Below, one piece after another: positions 59,537 through 64,000 of a DNA stretch of 64,000 nt. The notes beneath the pieces are model-generated. The model worked only from the letters and a program-made list of their open reading frames with translations, was not told where the DNA came from and ran no database searches. The stretch's first letter is position 1. Each line of letters opens with the position of its first letter. Location of the stretch: contig OZ253564.1 in NCBI GenBank assembly GCA_965262915.1, positions 160,001-224,000 on the forward strand. Reading direction: 5' to 3'. Made by a program: the position numbers and the translations under genes. The DNA comes from Candidatus Spongiisociaceae bacterium (GTDB lineage: Bacteria > Actinomycetota > Acidimicrobiia > Spongiisociales > Spongiisociaceae).

Positions 59537-59914
59537 TTACTTCTTCACCTTCTTCTTTCCGGCGATCGCCCGCCGGGGGCCCTTGCGGGTCCGGGCGTTC
59601 GTGTGGGTGCGCTGCCCGCGTACCGGGAGACCTCGGCGGTGGCGCAGACCCTGGTAGCAGCCGATCTCCATCTTTCGCTTGATGTTCTGGGCCACGACCC
59701 TGCGCAAGTCACCCTCCACCCTGAGTTGGGACTGGATGTAGGTGCGGATCCGGCTCACCTCCTCATCGGTGAGGTGGCGGACCCTGGTGTCGGAGTCGAT
59801 CCCCAGTTCGCTGCACATCCGGCGGGAAGTGGTGATCCCGACTCCGTATATGTAGGTAAGGCCGATCTCAAGGCGCTTCTGCCTGGGGAGATCGACGCCC
59901 GCGATGCGTGCCAC
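59537..59914 (-). CDS. rpsM: 30S ribosomal protein S13
   Basis: [28 protein letters not shown]. Confidence 0.97.
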   Translation of the reverse strand: MARIAGVDLPRQKRLEIGLTYIYGVGITTSRRMCSELGIDSDTRVRHLTDEEVSRIRTYIQSQLRVEGDLRRVVAQNIKRKMEIGCYQGLRHRRGLPVRGQRTHTNARTRKGPRRAIAGKKKVKK

Positions 59915-59925
59915 CGGCTACCGCC

Positions 59926-60039
59926 TCATCCTTGACGCTGCTTGTGCCGCGGGTTCGAGCACACGACCCACACGCGGCGCCGCCGCCGGATCAACTGGCA
60001 GTGGTCGCACATTCTCTTGGCGGAGGGTCGTACTTTCAC
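59926..60039 (-). CDS. rpmJ: 50S ribosomal protein L36 (not in ORF track)
   Basis: Manual translation [37 protein letters not shown]. Confidence 0.95.
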   Translation of the reverse strand: MKVRPSAKRMCDHCQLIRRRRRVWVVCSNPRHKQRQG

Positions 60040-60130
60040 GGTTACCTCTTTGACGTCGCCTAGCTCCGGGAACTCGTATCAGAACCCGATTATTCCGGCC
60101 GACCTTCCGCCATGGCGGGGGAGGGCACAC

Positions 60131-60153
60131 GAAAGCGCCGACCGTAGGTCGGC
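60131..60153 (-). terminator. Possible terminator hairpin after map
   Basis: GCCGACC-3 nt-GGTCGGC stem followed by a short GCTTTC on the minus strand. Confidence 0.4.
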
Positions 60154-60161
60154 AGGCAATT

Positions 60162-60935
60162 CTAACCCATCGGCTGGGAAGTCAGCAAGTCGCTCACCGT
60201 CATGACCACGGGGCCGTCCGAGGTGAGGGCCACGGTGTGCTCGAAGTGGGCCGACCGGCGGCCGTCAGCGGTCACCACCGTCCATCCGTCCTCCTTGGTG
60301 ACGGTGTCCCCGGTCCCGAGATTGAACATGGGCTCGATGCAGACCGCCATCCCCTTCCTCAGCCGGTACCCCTTGCCGGGCACCCCGTAGTTGGGGATCT
60401 GGGGGCTCTCGTGCATCGACCGCCCGATGCCATGACCGACGTAGTCACGGACCACGCCGTATCCGTGGGGCGAGGCGACCTGCTCGACGGCGTGGCCGAT
60501 GTCACCCACCCTGGCTCCGTTCCGGACCTGGTCGATCCCGGACCAGAGGGCCTTCCGGGTGACCTCCAGGAGCCGGGCCGCCTCCTCGTCGATCGGCCCG
60601 ATACCCACCGTGAGGGCGGCGTCGCCGTGGTAGCCCTCGTAGATGGCGCCGGCATCGATGGAGAGGATGTCACCGGGACTGAGGCGGTAGTCGCCGGGGA
60701 TCCCGTGGACGATCACATCGTTGGGCGAGGCACATATGTGAGCCGGGAACCCGTGGTAGTTGAGGAAGGACGGCCGGCAGCCCCAGGCCCGGATGACGGT
60801 CTCCGCCACCTGGTCCAGTTGCCGGAGGGCGACTCCCACTTCCGCTGCCTCCACCACCGCCTCGTGAACGGCTGCCACGCAGGCTCCGGCCCTGGCCATC
60901 TTGCGGAACTCGCGATCGTTCTTGATGGTGATCAT
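60162..60935 (-). CDS. map: Methionine aminopeptidase type I
   Basis: HGIPG, SIDAG..YHGDAA, GHGIG..HESP, IEPM and SAHFEHT. Confidence 0.96.
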   Translation of the reverse strand: MITIKNDREFRKMARAGACVAAVHEAVVEAAEVGVALRQLDQVAETVIRAWGCRPSFLNYHGFPAHICASPNDVIVHGIPGDYRLSPGDILSIDAGAIYEGYHGDAALTVGIGPIDEEAARLLEVTRKALWSGIDQVRNGARVGDIGHAVEQVASPHGYGVVRDYVGHGIGRSMHESPQIPNYGVPGKGYRLRKGMAVCIEPMFNLGTGDTVTKEDGWTVVTADGRRSAHFEHTVALTSDGPVVMTVSDLLTSQPMG

Positions 60936-61495
60936 GCTCGGGGCAAACCGGCGAGGGCCTCCAGGATGCGATCGGTTATGGCCTCTATCCGGCCGGTGCC
61001 GGGTACGTGCACCGCGATGTGGCGGCCCTGGTAGAAACCGATGAGTGGCGCAGTATCCCTCTCGTAGACGTCGAGGCGGTTCCGGACCGAGGGCTCGGTG
61101 TCGTCCGCCCGGCCCCGGGCCAGCATCCGTTCGACGAGGACCTCCACGGGTGCTTCCAGGACCACCGCCGCGTCGAGGGCGTCCGCGCCGATAACGTCGT
61201 CGAGAGCCCGAGCCTGCGGGAGGGTGCGGGGAAACCCGTCGAGGATGTACCCGTCCGCGGCGTCGGGCAGGCCGATGCGGGCGGTGAGCATCTCGACGGT
61301 GAGGGCGTCGGGTACGAGGTCACCGCGGGCGAGTATCCTGCTCACCCGCTTGCCGAGCGGCGTGCCTTCCGCGATGTGCCGCCGGAACATGTCGCCGGTG
61401 GAGATGTGGACGATACCGAGGGCGATTGACACGTTCGCCGCCTGCGTACCCTTTCCCACCCCCGGCGGTCCGAGGAGCAGGAGCCTCAGCCTCAT
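60932..61495 (-). CDS. adk: Adenylate kinase (short-LID form)
   Basis: GPPGVGKGTQA, ISTGDMFR, LDGFPRT and RGRADD. Confidence 0.96.
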   Translation of the reverse strand: MRLRLLLLGPPGVGKGTQAANVSIALGIVHISTGDMFRRHIAEGTPLGKRVSRILARGDLVPDALTVEMLTARIGLPDAADGYILDGFPRTLPQARALDDVIGADALDAAVVLEAPVEVLVERMLARGRADDTEPSVRNRLDVYERDTAPLIGFYQGRHIAVHVPGTGRIEAITDRILEALAGLPRA

Positions 61496-61544
61496 GGCTT
61501 CGATCTGACCCGCCCCGGGGGAGCAGGCCGGCAGAACCGGACGC

Positions 61545-62867
61545 TCAAGTCAGGAACCCCTCGTAGTTCCGCATGGTCAGCTGGCTCTCGATCTGCTTCA
61601 TGGTCTCCAGAGCCACCCCCACCACGATGAGGATCGACACGCCCGAGAAGCCGACCGGGATCGCCCAGATGGCCGAGGCTATAGCGGGCAGGATCGAGAT
61701 CATCCCTAGGAAGACCGCACCGGGGAGGGTGATGCGGTTGAGGATCCTCTCCAGGTAGCGGGCAGTCTGCTGGCCGGGACGCTGGCCGGGGATGAAACCC
61801 CCCTGCCGCTGGATCATCTCCGATTGGCGTACCGGATCGAACTGGATGGCGGTGTAGAAGTAGGTGAAGAACACTATGAGGAAGAAGAGCACCGCTATGT
61901 ACACCCAACTCGTGGCCCCGCTCGCGTACCCGGACGGCGCCAGGTGCACGTTTATGAACTCCCGCACGGTGGAGAAGAATCCCTCGGTACTGGGGATCGA
62001 GGTGGAGATCAGCACCGGGAAGAACAGGATCGAGGTGGCGAAGATCACCGGGATGACCCCCGCCATGTTGATCTTCAGCGGGATGTAGGTGCTCTGGCCG
62101 CCCATCACCCGCCGGCCTCGGATCCGCTTGGCGAACTGGATGGGTATACGCCTCTGGCCCTGTTCCACATAGATGATGCCGATGATCATGGCGATGAACA
62201 GCGCAATGATGAAGACGAAGATGGGCGCCCGGCCGGCCGGCACCGTGAACTGCCAGATCAGGGTGAACTGGCTGGGCAGGGCGGCCACGATGCTGATGAA
62301 GATGAGCAGCGACATGCCGTTGCCGACCCCGCGCTGGGTGATCAACTCGCCCAGCCACATTACGAACGCCGTCCCGGCGGTCATCGTCACCACCATCAGC
62401 ACCACCCGGGTGGGGGTGTAGTCGTCGATCAGCACCACCCCGCCGGTGAAGCTGCTGCCCCGGCTGAACAGGTAGGTGATGCCGGTCGATTGGAGAAGCG
62501 CCAGCACGACGGTGACGATGCGGGTCCACTTGGTGATGATGGCCCTTCCCGACTCGCCCTCGTCCTGGAGCTTCTGGAGCTTGGGGATGACCACGGACAG
62601 CAACTGCATGATGATGCTGGCGGTGATGTAGGGGAGAATTCCGAGGCTGAAAACGGACAGGTTCTCCAGAGCGTTACCCGAGAAAAGGTTCAGGAGGCCG
62701 AAGGCGCCTCCCTGCCGCTGTCCCGCCAAGGCCTCCAGGCGGTCCAGCTCGATGCCGGGCACCGGGACGGCCGCCCCCAGGCGGTAGATGGCGAAGATGG
62801 TGAGAGTGAAGAAGATCTTGCCGCGCAGGTCGGGGATCTTGAACATGTAGCGGTAGACGTTCAGCAT
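61545..62867 (-). CDS. secY: Preprotein translocase subunit SecY
   Basis: LGILPYITASII, GVGNGMSL, AGVIPVIFA and GFIPG.RPG. Confidence 0.97.
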   Translation of the reverse strand: MLNVYRYMFKIPDLRGKIFFTLTIFAIYRLGAAVPVPGIELDRLEALAGQRQGGAFGLLNLFSGNALENLSVFSLGILPYITASIIMQLLSVVIPKLQKLQDEGESGRAIITKWTRIVTVVLALLQSTGITYLFSRGSSFTGGVVLIDDYTPTRVVLMVVTMTAGTAFVMWLGELITQRGVGNGMSLLIFISIVAALPSQFTLIWQFTVPAGRAPIFVFIIALFIAMIIGIIYVEQGQRRIPIQFAKRIRGRRVMGGQSTYIPLKINMAGVIPVIFATSILFFPVLISTSIPSTEGFFSTVREFINVHLAPSGYASGATSWVYIAVLFFLIVFFTYFYTAIQFDPVRQSEMIQRQGGFIPGQRPGQQTARYLERILNRITLPGAVFLGMISILPAIASAIWAIPVGFSGVSILIVVGVALETMKQIESQLTMRNYEGFLT

Positions 62868-63198
62868 CGGCCCGGCCTCCCGTAGCTGTTGCCATGGCAT
62901 TGGTGTGTCCTGGCTTCTGACGGATCAGTTCGCGAGAATCGTGCCGGGGGCTCGGCCCGCCGGGCCCGCCCCCACCTCCACCTGTCCTCGGTTCGGAGCG
63001 CGCTTCGCCCGGCTTGCCGGATGTGGCCGCTCCGGAGACCTGATCCCTCTGGCGGTCGGACCGACCTCGAGTGCCGAGACCGCGCAGGTGCTTGGTACTC
63101 ATCAAGTATGGAGCCGTGGTGTGACAGGATCAACCCCCTTGTCGGGGTACGCCTCGGCGAGGTCGGGACCTGGCGGATCATCGGTGGTGGTGAGATCG

Positions 63199-63657
63199 TC
63201 ACCGGACGATCACACATGATCCACCGGCTGCCTCGATCTTGTGGCGGGCCGATCCGCTGAAGGCATGCGCCTCCACGCTGAGGGCCTTGTGGATCTCGCC
63301 GCGGCCGAGCACTTTCACCTTGCCGCCCTTGCGGATCAGACCATTCTCGTGAAGGCATGCGAGCGACACGGTCGTGCCGACACGGAAGACATCGAGCCTG
63401 TCCACGTTCACAACCGTGAACTCCTCCCGGTTGTAGGGCTTGAAGCCCCGCAACTTGGGGATGCGGACCTGGAGAGGCGTCTGGCCACCCTCGAACCCGG
63501 GACGGACCGTGCGACGGGCCTTCAAACCCTTGGTTCCGCGCCCGGCCGTCTTGCCGCGCCGTCCGGCCTCGCCACGCCCGACGCGGATCTTCTTCCGCTT
63601 CGAGCCCTTGGCGGGTCGGAGATGATGGAGCTTCAGTTGGTTCCTCTTGGTGGCCAC
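63199..63657 (-). CDS. rplO: 50S ribosomal protein L15
   Basis: RVGRG..GKTAGRGTKG..GFEGGQTPL..KIEAAGG. Confidence 0.96.
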   Translation of the reverse strand: MATKRNQLKLHHLRPAKGSKRKKIRVGRGEAGRRGKTAGRGTKGLKARRTVRPGFEGGQTPLQVRIPKLRGFKPYNREEFTVVNVDRLDVFRVGTTVSLACLHENGLIRKGGKVKVLGRGEIHKALSVEAHAFSGSARHKIEAAGGSCVIVR

Positions 63658-63768
63658 GGTCGGCCCCCTCCCGGATAGCCTTGCTGTCATGTCGTCCGGG
63701 CGACTCTCGCCCGTGTCTCGGTCTGTCGTTCGAACGGATACTTGCTGGTGGTGCTTCCTCGGCCGCGG

Positions 63769-63960
63769 TCAGGCCTCCTCCACCTCGACGAGGTGACGGA
63801 CCCGATGGACCATTCCCCGGATGTCGGGGGTATCGGCATGCTCCACCGAAGCGTGCAGTTTCCGCAATCCCAGACTCCGAACGGTAGCCCGCGCCTTCGG
63901 CTTCTCGCCGATGAGGCTCTTCCGTAGGGTGATCCGGAGTCTCGACTCTGGGCGGGCCAT
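63769..63960 (-). CDS. rpmD: 50S ribosomal protein L30
   Basis: LRITLRKSLIG..ATVRSLGLRK..IRGMV..V.HLV. Confidence 0.95.
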   Translation of the reverse strand: MARPESRLRITLRKSLIGEKPKARATVRSLGLRKLHASVEHADTPDIRGMVHRVRHLVEVEEA

Positions 63961-63962
63961 CC

Positions 63963-64000
63963 TCATCCTCCGGAAGCTCGGAGCATCTCGGTCGATCGGT
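63963..64000 (-). CDS. Probable 3' end of ribosomal protein S5 (runs off window)
   Basis: A frame ending RSTEMLRASGG* just upstream of rpmD; identity inferred from synteny only. Confidence 0.4.
   Translation of the reverse strand, partial: RSTEMLRASGG

Overview
GC-rich actinobacterial DNA. Acidimicrobiia-like origin is inferred from the Ala/Thr-linker lipoproteins, the r-protein gene order and the PhyH/amidohydrolase-rich content. Four zones are visible. (1) 1-22.3 kb: a heavily scrambled catabolic region. It holds CocE/NonD hydrolases, amidohydrolases, PTER-like phosphotriesterase paralogs, a GcvT-type oxidoreductase, a D-aminoacylase, AKRs and PhyH. These are broken by two ISL3 copies, two IS256 fragments, an IS3 end, a 1173-bp duplication, in-frame TAG stops and many fragment fusions. 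(2) 22.7-43.8 kb: mostly intact catabolic clusters. They comprise a 5-oxoprolinase with a PTE-family gene, a sugar-type ABC transporter, PhyH, a FAD oxidoreductase, three SDRs, two enolase-superfamily genes and a Zn-ADH. Inserted among them are a small-ORF/dGTPase cassette, a complete IS5 and a heptamer-repeat-flanked AAA/DUF4143 ATPase. (3) 43.9-52.7 kb: a defence-island-like block with vapBC, an AbiE-like type IV TA pair, a truncated integrase, a truncated YprA/DUF1998-type helicase coupled to a RelE-like/UvrD fusion helicase, and a Fic protein. (4) 52.7-64 kb: core genes on the minus strand (rpmD-rplO-secY-adk-map-rpmJ-rpsM-rpsK-rpsD-rpoA-rplQ-truA-rplM-rpsI-glmM), with infA absent and a MITE at the rpsI stop. 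No CRISPR array, rRNA or tRNA was seen. All calls come from motif recognition by eye; no database searches were run.
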